A DNA stretch of 64,000 nt from Vicinamibacterales bacterium. Its GTDB lineage: Bacteria; Acidobacteriota; Vicinamibacteria; Vicinamibacterales; UBA8438. Both the position numbers and the translations under genes were made by a program. The first letter of the stretch is position 1; every line of letters begins with the position of its first letter. The notes beneath the pieces are model-generated. The model was not told the origin of the DNA, did not search any database, and saw nothing but the letters and a program-made list of their open reading frames with translations. This document shows positions 26,509 through 37,405 of the stretch, piece after piece. The stretch is taken from NCBI GenBank assembly GCA_965204675.1, contig OZ242003.1, positions 4,608,375 to 4,672,374 on the forward strand. The letters run 5' to 3'.

Positions 26509-26685
26509 GTGGAATACCGTCCGCGGCTCGTGGACACCGAGTTGGACGCGCATCTCGAGGGGCTGCCGGCGGTGTCCCTGGAAGGCCCCAAGGCCGTCGG
26601 CACGACCATCATCACCACTGGCCACGAAGCGTTCCGGCGCGCCGACGGCATCGGCGTCATTCCGGCCGGCTTGCTGGCGGCCTGA
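26509..26685 (+). pseudogene. Internally deleted remnant of a DUF4143-type AAA ATPase
   Basis: GTG at 26509 gives VEYRPRLVDTELDAHLEGLPAVSLEGPKAVGTT, the typical N-terminus of this family up to a corrupted Walker A with the GK lysine missing. It is fused directly to a C-terminal-tail-like AFRRADGIGVIPAGLLAA. Only 58 codons. Confidence 0.55.
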
Positions 26686-26797
26686 CGCTCCAGCCTCGTC
26701 TTGACGCCGGGGCGCTCCGTCTCCGGACGCCTGTTCGACCGCCTCCATCCCGGGAAACCGGACCGACCGCGCGTTGTGACCGCCTCGACCACATCGA

Positions 26798-28069
26798 TCA
26801 TCGCGGCGGAAGCGCCGATTCCATCCCGCCGTCCCTGCCCGCCTGGCGGTGCAGGAACTCACCGAAGAGCGGCACGGTGAAGTCGATTCTCCCCTCCCGC
26901 GGCGAATAGCAGAGTCCCTTCGCGATCAGGGAATCGCGGAGCCGCTCCGCCATTCCCTGATCTGCGCCCCCCGTGGACTCCTTGATGTCCGCCACCGCCT
27001 TGCCGATCCACGAATCGTCATCGCTCCATGTCTCGATGGCGCGGACGACCTCAGCATGGTGGGGCGCGTTTCCCAACGACGCCACGACGGCGAGGAACGC
27101 CTGTTCCTCACGGCTGGTCCGGTCGATCCGTACGCGAAAGAACCCCGCGTCGAGTTCACGGGTGGCACGTGGCACGGCGATGTCCACGTCGTCAGCCGTG
27201 ATCTCGTCGGGTCCGTCCGCCGAGTCCCAGGCGTGCTTGCCGAACTCCTGGATGAAGTAGGGATAGCCCCTGGTCTCAGCCAGGGCGCGATCGAGCGCCG
27301 CCCCGCGCCATCGGACTCCCTCCGCATCCGCCGGCGTCGCCAGAGCTGCCCGCGCGTCGGCGTCCGCCAGGCTGTTTATCGTCCGGAAGTGAAAGAGCCG
27401 CTCCGCGTAGGTCTTGGCTTCCCCGACGAGCCTGGGAACCGTCGGCAAGCCCGCCGCCGCCACCATGATCGGCAACTGTTCCTGACTCACCCGATGCAGA
27501 GCCACCATCAAGGCGCCGAGGTGTTCCCGGGGCAGGTTCTGCACCTCGTCGATCGTGACCAGGATCCCGACGCCGCGTGCCCGCGCCACCGCGCCAATCT
27601 CGAGAAGCAGTCCGGCCAGGTCGCGATCGAGCAACCCCGAGTCGGCCGGACCCGAGACCGGATCCAGACCGATGACCACGTCGCCTTCACCGGGCAGCTT
27701 CCACTTGAGCTGAAAGGACTTCAGCACGCCAAGGGCCCGCCGCGCACGGTCCACCACGACTCTGCCGGGCGACAGCGCTCGTAGCGCCCCGTGCGCCAGG
27801 GCGCTCATTTCTTCCACGAACTTGAGCTCTTCTGTGATCTCGACGGCGTGATGCACCCACCGGTGGCCCTCGGCCAAACGGCCGAACTCCCGGAGCAGCA
27901 CCGTCTTGCCGACACCGCGCAGTCCCGTCAGAAGCACACTGCGTTCCGGCTTTCCCAAGCCGAAGCGCTGGATGGCCACGTCGCAGGTCGCGAGATCGGC
28001 ATCGCGGCCGACCAAGGCCGGCGGCGGAGCGCCGGCGCCCGGGCTGTACGGGTTGCGGACCGGATCCAT
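26798..28069 (-). CDS. AAA/STAND-like ATPase (AAA_16 / archaeal-ATPase-like)
   Basis: Walker A LLTGLRGVGKTVLL and Walker B GILVTIDEVQ. 423 aa. No partner gene evident. Confidence 0.7.
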   Translation of the reverse strand: MDPVRNPYSPGAGAPPPALVGRDADLATCDVAIQRFGLGKPERSVLLTGLRGVGKTVLLREFGRLAEGHRWVHHAVEITEELKFVEEMSALAHGALRALSPGRVVVDRARRALGVLKSFQLKWKLPGEGDVVIGLDPVSGPADSGLLDRDLAGLLLEIGAVARARGVGILVTIDEVQNLPREHLGALMVALHRVSQEQLPIMVAAAGLPTVPRLVGEAKTYAERLFHFRTINSLADADARAALATPADAEGVRWRGAALDRALAETRGYPYFIQEFGKHAWDSADGPDEITADDVDIAVPRATRELDAGFFRVRIDRTSREEQAFLAVVASLGNAPHHAEVVRAIETWSDDDSWIGKAVADIKESTGGADQGMAERLRDSLIAKGLCYSPREGRIDFTVPLFGEFLHRQAGRDGGMESALPPR

Positions 28070-28419
28070 ACGTTGTCCCGGGCTACCCGTTCATGCTTCC
28101 GAAGCCCCGGCATAGAGTAGTCCCACCGGCCTGCCGCCCCTGACGCTGGATCGGACCGCCTGACAGGTCAACGCCACGACGTCCCGGTGCCTTCTGTGTC
28201 TTGGGCGCTGTCGCGAAAGTCATGCCACTGGACAGTCAAGAACACGCAAGAGGCCGAATCGTAGCCGCATTCGTCAATAGCGCCCGCAGCTACCCGGCAC
28301 TGTCGATGACCTCCGAGCTGTGGCGCGCCGGTGGACGACAGACTCCCGGCCCTGAGTCAGCTTGCGGCCCAACTGCCGCGCACCACCCTGCCGCGAGTCC
28401 ACCGCTTCTACAGCGACTC

Positions 28420-29286
28420 CTACCCGCCGAGCGGCAGCACGAAGCGCCAGCCCTCGTCGAGGCGCTGCTGGAGGCGGCTCGCGCCGTCGCCGATGCCGCA
28501 GATCACCCGGTCCTGGGCCTGGCAGGCCTCGAGCACGGTGTCGAACGCGGCCTCTACCTCGGGGTGGTTCCGGTCGGGCGGATTGGGCCCGAGGCCGAGA
28601 TCGATGGCCATGTCGCCGGGCACGACCAGGATGGCGCTGACCGGCGCGGCCAGGATGTCCTGGATGTTGTCGACGGCCTCCTGCGACTCGATCATCGCCA
28701 CCGCGAAGAGCTCGCCGGCGGGGTTGAGCGGCCACACGTCGGCCACCGCGTGGTACTCGACGCTGTTCAGGCCCCACAGGCGCGTCGCGCCGCCGGGCCC
28801 CCACCCGCGCTCGCCGCGGGGCTCGGGTGCGGACGAGCCGCGGGCCGGCGGGTAGCGCATCGCCTGGACCAGGCGCACCGCCTCCTCGCCCCGGTCGACG
28901 TGGGGCAGGATGATGCCGAACCCGCCGAGGTCGAGGACCTGCTTGACGGCCCACTTGAAGTCCTCGTCGCCGTCCTGGGGAATGCGGATGAGCGGCGTCA
29001 GGCTCAGCCGGCCGTCGGCGTCCCGCTCCTCGTTCATCTCCGCCAGCACCCGCTGCACCCGCTCGCCGGAGAACGGCGAGTGCTCCATGTCGACGAAGCG
29101 CCACTCGCGGTTGGCGATCGCGGCGCCGCCGCCCTCCAGGGCCTCGATCACCTTGTTGAGCCGCCCGCCGTCCTGCGCGTCGGCCGGCGCCGCCGCGAGC
29201 CCGGCCGCGGCCAATGCCATGGCCACCACCATCGCCTGCATCCAACCGCTCCCCGTCACCGCCCGCCTCGTCTGTCGCTGTCTCAT
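28420..29286 (-). CDS. HpcH/HpaI aldolase / citrate-lyase-beta family protein with an N-terminal signal-like sequence
   Basis: ATG at 29286 (MRQRQTRRAVTGSGWMQAMVVAMALAAAGLAAAPADA). Family motifs LIRIP and AMIESQEAVDNIQDIL. Confidence 0.65.
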   Translation of the reverse strand: MRQRQTRRAVTGSGWMQAMVVAMALAAAGLAAAPADAQDGGRLNKVIEALEGGGAAIANREWRFVDMEHSPFSGERVQRVLAEMNEERDADGRLSLTPLIRIPQDGDEDFKWAVKQVLDLGGFGIILPHVDRGEEAVRLVQAMRYPPARGSSAPEPRGERGWGPGGATRLWGLNSVEYHAVADVWPLNPAGELFAVAMIESQEAVDNIQDILAAPVSAILVVPGDMAIDLGLGPNPPDRNHPEVEAAFDTVLEACQAQDRVICGIGDGASRLQQRLDEGWRFVLPLGG

Positions 29287-29813
29287 GACAACCTCCAGCC
29301 AGTCCCGCCACGGCGCTTCACCGCCGTTCGAAGGGGACCAATGTTCCAAGCGCCCGTGACGAGAGCCCTGCTGCGATTCGACCATCGCGGGCTCCCGCGT
29401 GGACCACGTCGCTCCGCGGACTGCTTGTTCCGCGGACGCCCAATGCCGGACCTGGCGCCCGGCCACCCGGCCACGCGGCGCCTGAACGGCCCGGCGGCGG
29501 TTCGCAGCCCGCGGCCCTGCCCGTCCCGCCACTGCGGCCTGCACCACGAGCTTCCTCGCCCTGCACCGTCGTGTGCGGGTGGGATTGTACGCGGCGCGCC
29601 GAAGCCCCGGCAAACCGAGACGGTGTCCGGCGAGCAGGGGAACGCCGGCCGTCAGGCTCCGGCTTGCGCGAGCCGGGCATCCCGAGTCACCATATCGGCC
29701 GGCGGGGGCGCGGACCCGGCGTGCGGCGCCGGTCCATCCACCCCTGATGGGCGGCCGGCCGCGACAGCGGCATGCGGGCCGCCCGCCGTCCGGGACGCTT
29801 CGAAAGGACGCAT

Positions 29814-30281
29814 ATGGCTCAGGTTTCCATCACCGTCAACGGCAGGCGGCGCACCGCCGAGGTCGAGCCGCGCCTGCTGCTGGTGCACTTCCTGCGGGAG
29901 CACCTCGACCTGACCGGCACCCACGTGGGCTGCGACACGAGCCAGTGCGGGGCGTGCACGGTGCTCGTCGACGGCCGCAGCGCCAAGTCGTGCACGATCT
30001 TCGCGGTGCAGGCGGACGGGTCCGAGGTCACCACCATCGAGGGGCTGGCCAAGGGCGACGACCTCCATCCCCTGCAGGACGGGTTCTGGGAGGAGCACGG
30101 GCTGCAGTGCGGCTACTGCACACCGGGGATGATCATGTCCTCCGTGAACCTCCTCGAGGACAACCCGTCGCCCACCGAGGCGCAGATCCGCGAGGGGCTC
30201 GACGGCAACTTCTGCCGCTGCACGGGCTACCAGCACATCGTCAACGCCGTCCAGAACGCGGCCGCGAGGAGGTCGTCATGA
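29814..30281 (+). CDS. coxS: (2Fe-2S)-binding small subunit of a CoxSLM/XDH-family molybdoenzyme
   Basis: ATG at 29814 ([10 protein letters not shown]). Cys clusters [12 protein letters not shown] and CGYCTPGM...CRCTGY. Confidence 0.9.
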   Translation: MAQVSITVNGRRRTAEVEPRLLLVHFLREHLDLTGTHVGCDTSQCGACTVLVDGRSAKSCTIFAVQADGSEVTTIEGLAKGDDLHPLQDGFWEEHGLQCGYCTPGMIMSSVNLLEDNPSPTEAQIREGLDGNFCRCTGYQHIVNAVQNAAARRSS

Positions 30282-30354
30282 GCGCCCGCACCGGCTACCG
30301 GCACACCGTCGACGCCGCCCCCGGCGCGGCTGCGAGGAGGTCGTCATGAGCGCC
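30225..30354. repeat. 68-bp tandem duplication of the coxS 3' end / coxL start junction
   Basis: 30225..30286 GGCTACCAGCACATCGTCAACGCC...GCGAGGAGGTCGTCATGAGCGCC versus 30293..30354 GGCTACCGGCACACCGTCGACGCC...GCGAGGAGGTCGTCATGAGCGCC. The last 23 nt are identical. Confidence 0.9.
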
Positions 30355-32708
30355 GCTCCGGTCCTGCCGAAGCTCGTGGGCGAGCGCGTCAAGCGGCGCG
30401 AGGATCCGCGCCTCATCCAGGGTCACGGCACCTACGTCGACGACGTCAAGATCTTCGGCCTGCGGCACGCCGCCTTCAAGCGCAGCGACGTCGCGCACGG
30501 CCGCATCCGCTCGATCGACACCGGCGCGGCCGAGGCGATGGACGGCGTCGAGGCGGTGTTCACCGGCGCGCAGATCGCCGAGTTCCTCGACCCGATGCCC
30601 ATCGGCACCCCGTTCCCCTCGCCCGAGCACCGCGCCGTGGCCACCGACGTCGTGCGCTACGTCGGCGAGCCGGTGGCGGTGGTGGTGGCCGCGGACCGCT
30701 ACACGGCGAGGGACGCCGCCGACGCCATCGTCGTCGACTACGACGCCCGGCCCGCCGTCGTCGACCCCGAGGTGGCGATGACCGGCCACCCGACGGTGAT
30801 CCATGCCGACTTCGACAACAACCTCGCGGTGCCCCTCGTGCCGAGCGGCACCGGGGTCTCGCCCGACGGCAAGACGGTGGACGACAGCGCCGTCGACAAG
30901 GCGTTCGCCGACGCCGACGTCGTGGTGTCGCAGCGCATGGTGAACCAGCGCCTCGCCCCCACCGCGATGGAGCCGCGCGGGGTCGTCGCCCACTACGAGC
31001 GGGGCAAGGGCACGATGACCATCTGGTCGTCGACCCAGAACCCCCACATCCTCCGCACGTTCGTCGCCAAGCTGAACGGGATGGGCGAGGACGAGGTGCG
31101 CGCCATCGCGCCCGAGGTCGGGGGCGGGTTCGGGGCCAAGATCAACATCTACGGCGAGGAGTACGTGGTGTCGGCCCTGTCCAGGCGGCTCGGCGTGCCC
31201 CTGAAGTGGACCGAGGACCGCTCCGAGGCGTTCCTCGCCACCATCCACGGCCGCGACATCATCGGCTACGTCGACATCGCGGCGACCCGCGACGGCAAGG
31301 TGCTGGGATTGAAGCTGCGGCTCATCGCCGACGTCGGCGCCTACAACATGCTGCTGACGGCGGCCATCCCCACCCTGACGATGCTGATGGCCAACGCCAC
31401 CTACGACATCCCCGCCATCCGCACCACCCTCACCGAGGTGTTCACCAACAAGACCCCGACCGACGCCTACCGCGGCGCCGGCCGGCCCGAGGCCACCTAC
31501 TTCGTCGAGCGGGGCATGGACATGCTGGCCCGGCGGCTCGACATGGACCCGGCCGAGCTGCGGCGCCGGAACTTCATCCCCGCCGACCGGTTCCCCTACA
31601 AGACCCAGATGGGCGCCGTCTACGACTCGGGCGACTACGCCAAGGCCCTCGACCGCGCCCTCGAGAACTCGGGCTGGCAGGAGATGCAGCGCGAGCGCGA
31701 CGCCGCGCGGGCCGAGGGGCGGCTGGTGGGCCTGGGCCTGGCGATGTACGTGGAGGTCTGTGGCATCGGCCCCTCGGCGTCTCTGCCGACCGGCGGGTGG
31801 GAGCACTCGCAGGTCACCGTCGAGCGCGACGGGCGCATCAGCGCCACCACCGGCGCCTCGCCCCACGGGCAGGGCAACGAGACCACGTTCGCGCAGATGC
31901 TCGCGGACCAGTTCGGGGTGCCGTTCGAGCACGTCCGCATCCACCACGGCGACACCGGCGTCGTGAAGCAGGGCATCGGCACGTTCGGCAGCCGGTCGCA
32001 GGCGGTGGGCGGGACGGCGCTGCACCTGGCCGGGGCCAAGGTCAGGAAGAAGATGGCGAAGTTCGCGGCGGCCCTGCTCGAGGCGCACGAGGAGGACCTC
32101 GTGTTCGAGGACGGGCGCATCTCGGTGCAGGGGTCGCCCGACGCCGGCAAGACGTTCGCCGAGGTCGCCGCCTACGCGTACATCCCGGTGCCGCTGCCGG
32201 CCGGGCTCGACCCCGGGCTGAGCGAGGAGGCGTTCTTCGAGCCGCCCAACAACACCTACCCGTTCGGATGCCACATCTCGATGGTCGAGATCGACCGCGA
32301 CACCGGCGAACTGGCGCTGCTGCGGCTGGTCGCGGTGGACGACGCGGGGAACCTGATCAACCCCCTGATCGTCGAGGGCCAGATTCACGGCGGGCTCGCC
32401 CAGGGCATCGGCCAGGCCATGATCGAGGAGGTCCGCTACGGCGCCGACGGGCAGCCGCTGACCGGCTCGTTCATGGACTATGCCATCCCCCGCGCGGCCG
32501 ACCTCCCGCGGTTCGAGCTCGACGCCACCGTCACCCCCACCCCCGTCAACCCGCTCGGCGCCAAGGGCGTCGGCGAGGCGGGGACCCTGGGGTCGACCCC
32601 CTGCATCGTGTCGGCCGCCGTCGACGCGCTCAGCGGGTTCGGCGTCACCCACGTCGACATGATGCTGCGGCCCGAGAAGCTGTGGCAGATCATCCACGGA
32701 GGCCAGTC

Positions 32709-32712
<4 letters not shown>
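30346..32712 (+). CDS. coxL: Molybdopterin-binding large subunit, form-II CoxL-like
   Basis: 788 aa XDH-family large subunit. Active-site loop AYRGAGR (the form-II signature, not the form-I VAYRCSFR). Confidence 0.85.
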
Positions 32713-33563
<851 letters not shown>

Positions 33564-33843
33564 CGCGCCGAGCGCCTCTGCACGTGGCGGTCTCCTCGTC
33601 GCCGAGCGTCGCGGCAGGCGAAGCCACGCGAGCGACACCGGCCCGCTCCCCAGCCGTTCTTGCGGACCACGACGAACGGCGCAACGGCGAGCCCGCCACG
33701 GACGACAGCCGTTGTCGGACGGGCCTCGCCACCCTCGACCGCCGCCGGCCCGCCAATCGGCGTGGCCCTCTCCGCCCCGTACATCCCGACCACGAGTGGC
33801 CGATGCCGGATACGGCTGAACGCTCGCCGACCGGATTGCCGCG

Positions 33844-34566
33844 TCAGGCGGGCAGCGGCGGCATCCGCGGCCCCGGCGTGCTGAACGTCATCTCGGTGAT
33901 CGCCTTCACGCTCCGGTTCCCGTACCGGAACGGCACCACCAGCCGCAGCGGCGCGCCGTGGCGCGGGGGGATCGGCTCGTCGTTCATCATCCACGCCAGC
34001 ATCACCTGCGGGTGCCGCAGGGTCGTCATCGGCTCGTCGGCGTAGAAGCGGTCGGAGCCCACGAAGCGACAGTAGTGCACCCCGGGGATGACCCCGAGCA
34101 TGTCCGCGAAGTCGCTGAACCGGACGCCCGTCCACTTGACGATGCCACGCGGGTTCGGGGCGCCGCACTGCAGCAGGTACGTGCCGGAGACGACCGGAAG
34201 CTGCTCGAGGTCCGAGAACCGCAACGTCCCCGAGAGCCTCGCCATACCCCGGGTGTCGACCCGGATCGCCATGCGCCGGTAATCGAACTCGATCTGCGGG
34301 GTCTGCCGCCCCTGGGTGCGCCACATCAGCGGGTCGGTGATGGGCCCGGCCGCGCTCTCGGGATGCTCGGGAGCCGACCCGTCCGCGTTGAGCGGCAGCG
34401 GCGCGGGAAACCCCTCGCGCAGCGGGCGCTCGACGAGCGAGTCCGGCCAGTCGTCCTGGCCCTGCGCCTCCAGGGCCGCGGCATGCTCGGGCCGCAGGAC
34501 GCCGAGGGAGAGCCCGGCCAGGGTGGAGCCGGACAGGGAAAGGGCCTTGCGTCGGGAGAGGGTCAT
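33844..34566 (-). CDS. Molybdopterin-dependent oxidoreductase, sulfite-oxidase/YedY family, Tat signal
   Basis: MTLSRRKALSLSGSTLAGL Tat-like signal. Moco-Cys context YLLQCGAPNPRG. C-terminal LRLVVPFRYGNRSVKAITEM is typical of the family. Confidence 0.75.
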   Translation of the reverse strand: MTLSRRKALSLSGSTLAGLSLGVLRPEHAAALEAQGQDDWPDSLVERPLREGFPAPLPLNADGSAPEHPESAAGPITDPLMWRTQGRQTPQIEFDYRRMAIRVDTRGMARLSGTLRFSDLEQLPVVSGTYLLQCGAPNPRGIVKWTGVRFSDFADMLGVIPGVHYCRFVGSDRFYADEPMTTLRHPQVMLAWMMNDEPIPPRHGAPLRLVVPFRYGNRSVKAITEMTFSTPGPRMPPLPA

Positions 34567-34652
34567 CGCTGCACCTCCGAGGGTTGCCGTAGCGGGATCG
34601 CGGAGATTCTACCCGTTCCCGTCCGAAACCGCGACGCGTCCGACCACGGATC

Positions 34653-35390
34653 CTACGCCCGGGCCGCCAACCGCTCGGCCGCCTCGCGCCGGGCGAACAG
34701 GACGTCGGCCAGCATGGGGGTGCCATGGCGGCAGCCGAGGCGCACGTTGCCGCGGTAGACGTAGCCGAGGTCGCGCAGGGCGGCGGCGATGTCTTCGAAC
34801 GTGGGAGCGCCGTCCCCGGCCGCGTTGGGGTAGAACGGCGCCTCGACGATGACCGCGGCGGCGCCGCGCAGGGTCTTCTCTCCGCCGCGGATGACCTCGA
34901 GGTCGAGGCCCTCGGTGTCGAGCTTGACGAGCACGTCCGGCTCGAGACGCAACCCGGCCGCCAGCCGGTCCAGGGTCTCGACCTGCACCGGGATCGGCTC
35001 GTACCGGGCCGCCTCGCCCGGCGCGGGCGTCGCGAGCGTCGAGAGGATGTCGCTCTGCCGGTGCACGTACAGCGGCTGTTCGGACGGCGCGCGGGCCAGC
35101 GCGAGCTCGAACACCCGGACGGCATCACCCTCGGTTTCTGCCCACTGCTCCAGCCTGCGGCACAGCCGGGGGATCGGCTCGACGCAGTAGACCCGCGCCT
35201 CGGGAAAGAGCCGGCGGAAGCGGCGCGCGGCCCGGCCCTTGTTGGCCCCAACGTCGATGACGGTGCGGACGTCGAGGTTGGTGAGGCCCAGCAGCTTCTG
35301 CCGCTGCTCGATGTAGTCGGCGAGGTTCTTCAGGCCGAGCCCCTTGTGGAGAAACCGGAAGAACGGGCGGGACCCGAAGCTCGCTGGCAT
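34653..35390 (-). CDS. FkbM-family methyltransferase
   Basis: SAM-binding VIDVGANKGRAA and a family-like C-terminal region. 86 nt upstream of the Mo oxidoreductase gene on the same strand. Confidence 0.7.
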   Translation of the reverse strand: MPASFGSRPFFRFLHKGLGLKNLADYIEQRQKLLGLTNLDVRTVIDVGANKGRAARRFRRLFPEARVYCVEPIPRLCRRLEQWAETEGDAVRVFELALARAPSEQPLYVHRQSDILSTLATPAPGEAARYEPIPVQVETLDRLAAGLRLEPDVLVKLDTEGLDLEVIRGGEKTLRGAAAVIVEAPFYPNAAGDGAPTFEDIAAALRDLGYVYRGNVRLGCRHGTPMLADVLFARREAAERLAARA

Positions 35391-35760
35391 CGACGGCGAT
35401 CATAGTCCGGTCGGAACGCACGACCCGTCGTCGCCCCATCCGCCGGGCATGACGACCGCTTCGCCTCCAGGCCCAAGCCCACGCCCTCGGGTTTCGCCTA
35501 GGGGCCGGCTCGGCCTCCGACCGCGGGGATGTGCTGCCGACTCCCGGAAGGCGAGGGGAGCCGGGTCGCCGCCGAGGCCCGGCCCCGTGGCCCGCCCAAC
35601 CCGGTTCGACCGGAAGTCCGGCACAGCCGCGCCAAGCGTGCGGCGCCGGCAATCGGCCTTTGGGGTGTCGCGAACGCGTGGTATCTTGACCGGCTGGGAC
35701 TGCATCCGCGGAGCGCGGGCCGCGCCCGCTCACCAGACGAACCGACACCGGGAGACCGAC

Positions 35761-37395
35761 ATGCAACGGCTTGCCACCGCCATCGCCCTGCTCGCCTTCG
35801 CCGCCGCCTCGTCCGCCCAACCGGCCGATGACGCGGCGGGCGCGTCGCCGTCCTTCTCGCCCGTCACGTGGGAGCGGCTGCTGAACGCGGCCGACGAGCC
35901 CGAGAACTGGCTGATGTACTCGGGCACCCTCGACGCCCAGCGCTACAGCCGGCTCGACCAGGTCCACAACCGCAACGTCGGCGGGCTCGAGCTGAAGTGG
36001 GCCTACCAGATCCCGCAGCTCGACCGGGCCGAGACGTCGCCGCTGGTGGTCGACGGGGTGATGTTCATCACCGAGGCGCCGAGCAACGTGGTTGCGGTCG
36101 ACGCCGCCACCGGGCGCCAGTACTGGCGCTACGACCACCCCCTGCCCGACGACCTGCGCATCTGCTGCGGGCGGAACAACCGCGGGGTGGCGATTCTCGG
36201 CGACACCCTCTACATGAGCACCCTCGACGCGCACCTCGTCGCCATCGACGCGCGCACCGGGAACCTGGTGTGGGACCGGGAGGTCGCCGACCACCGCTCG
36301 GGCTACAGCAAGACCGCCGCCCCCCTCGTCGTGAAGGGCGAGGTCGTGACGGGCATCGCCGGCGGCGAGTACGGCATCCGCGGTTTCGTCGACGCCTACG
36401 ACGCCGCGACCGGCGACCTCACGTGGCGCGCGTGGACCATCCCCGGCCCCGACCACCCCGACAACCAGACGTGGGCCGGCGAGTCGTGGCGCACCGGCGG
36501 CTCGGCGAGCTGGATCACCGGCGCCTACGACCCCGACCTCGACCTCGTCTACTGGGGCACCGGCAACCCCGGCCCGGACTGGAACGGCGACGTGCGGCTC
36601 GGCGACAACCTCTACTCGGACTCGGTGCTCGCCATCGACCACGAGACCGGCGGCCTCGAGTGGTACTTCCAGTTCACGCCGCACGACGTGCACGACTGGG
36701 ACGCCATCCAGGTGCCGATTCTCGCCGACCTGACCTGGGACGGCGAGGAGCGCAAGGTGATGATGTGGGCGAACCGCAACGCGTTCTTCTACACCCTCGA
36801 CCGCGAGACCGGCGAGTTCCTCCTCGGGACGCCGTACGCCGAGCAGACCTGGGCAGTGGGGCTCGACTCGAACGGCCGGCCCATCCGGGTGCCCGACACC
36901 TCGCCGACCCCCGAGGGCACGCTCGTCTCGCCGCCGGTGGTCGGGGGCACCAACTGGTTCTCGCCCGCCTGGAGCCCGCGCACCGAGCTCTTCTACGTTC
37001 AGGCCTACGACGGCGAGGACATCTATTACAAGCGCGACGAGGAGTACGTCGAGGGCGATCAGTTCACCGGCGGCGGCTTCCAGCGTCCCCTGCCCGTCGA
37101 CAACTATCACAGCGCCATCCGCGCCATCGACCCGCGGACCGGCGATGTCCGCTGGGAGTACGCCCTCCAGCCGCGCTCGACGGCCGGGGTGCTGGCGACG
37201 GCCGGCGACCTCGTGTTCAGCGGCAGCGTCGACGGCTACTTCTACGCCCTCGACGCCTCCACCGGCCGCGAGCTGTGGCACGTCGCGGTCGGGGCCATGG
37301 TGCACGCCGCCCCCATGACCTACGCGGTCGACGGGCAGCAGTACGTGACCATCGCGGCCGGCAACGTGGTGTTCACCTTCGGGCTGCCGGAGTAG
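35761..37395 (+). CDS. PQQ-dependent alcohol dehydrogenase (type I quinoprotein ADH/MDH family), secreted
   Basis: ATG at 35761 (MQRLATAIALLAFAAASSA). Vicinal Cys pair ICCGRNNRG is characteristic of PQQ ADH/MDH. Propeller W-motifs are present throughout. Confidence 0.85.
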   Translation: MQRLATAIALLAFAAASSAQPADDAAGASPSFSPVTWERLLNAADEPENWLMYSGTLDAQRYSRLDQVHNRNVGGLELKWAYQIPQLDRAETSPLVVDGVMFITEAPSNVVAVDAATGRQYWRYDHPLPDDLRICCGRNNRGVAILGDTLYMSTLDAHLVAIDARTGNLVWDREVADHRSGYSKTAAPLVVKGEVVTGIAGGEYGIRGFVDAYDAATGDLTWRAWTIPGPDHPDNQTWAGESWRTGGSASWITGAYDPDLDLVYWGTGNPGPDWNGDVRLGDNLYSDSVLAIDHETGGLEWYFQFTPHDVHDWDAIQVPILADLTWDGEERKVMMWANRNAFFYTLDRETGEFLLGTPYAEQTWAVGLDSNGRPIRVPDTSPTPEGTLVSPPVVGGTNWFSPAWSPRTELFYVQAYDGEDIYYKRDEEYVEGDQFTGGGFQRPLPVDNYHSAIRAIDPRTGDVRWEYALQPRSTAGVLATAGDLVFSGSVDGYFYALDASTGRELWHVAVGAMVHAAPMTYAVDGQQYVTIAAGNVVFTFGLPE

Positions 37396-37405
37396 CGGAC
37401 CGAAA

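Noticed and set aside
29287-29813. Possible Moco or other riboswitch in the 527-bp region upstream of coxS
   Set aside because: I cannot recall or verify the consensus well enough to match it by eye. A covariance-model scan (Rfam Moco_RNA_motif) would be needed.
35761-37395. Possible loss of the catalytic Asp in the PQQ-ADH (WANRNAFFYTLDR where many type I enzymes have ADRNGFFY)
   Set aside because: Other PQQ dehydrogenase subfamilies have non-Asp residues at this aligned motif. I cannot fix the alignment without a tool, so this is not a safe claim.
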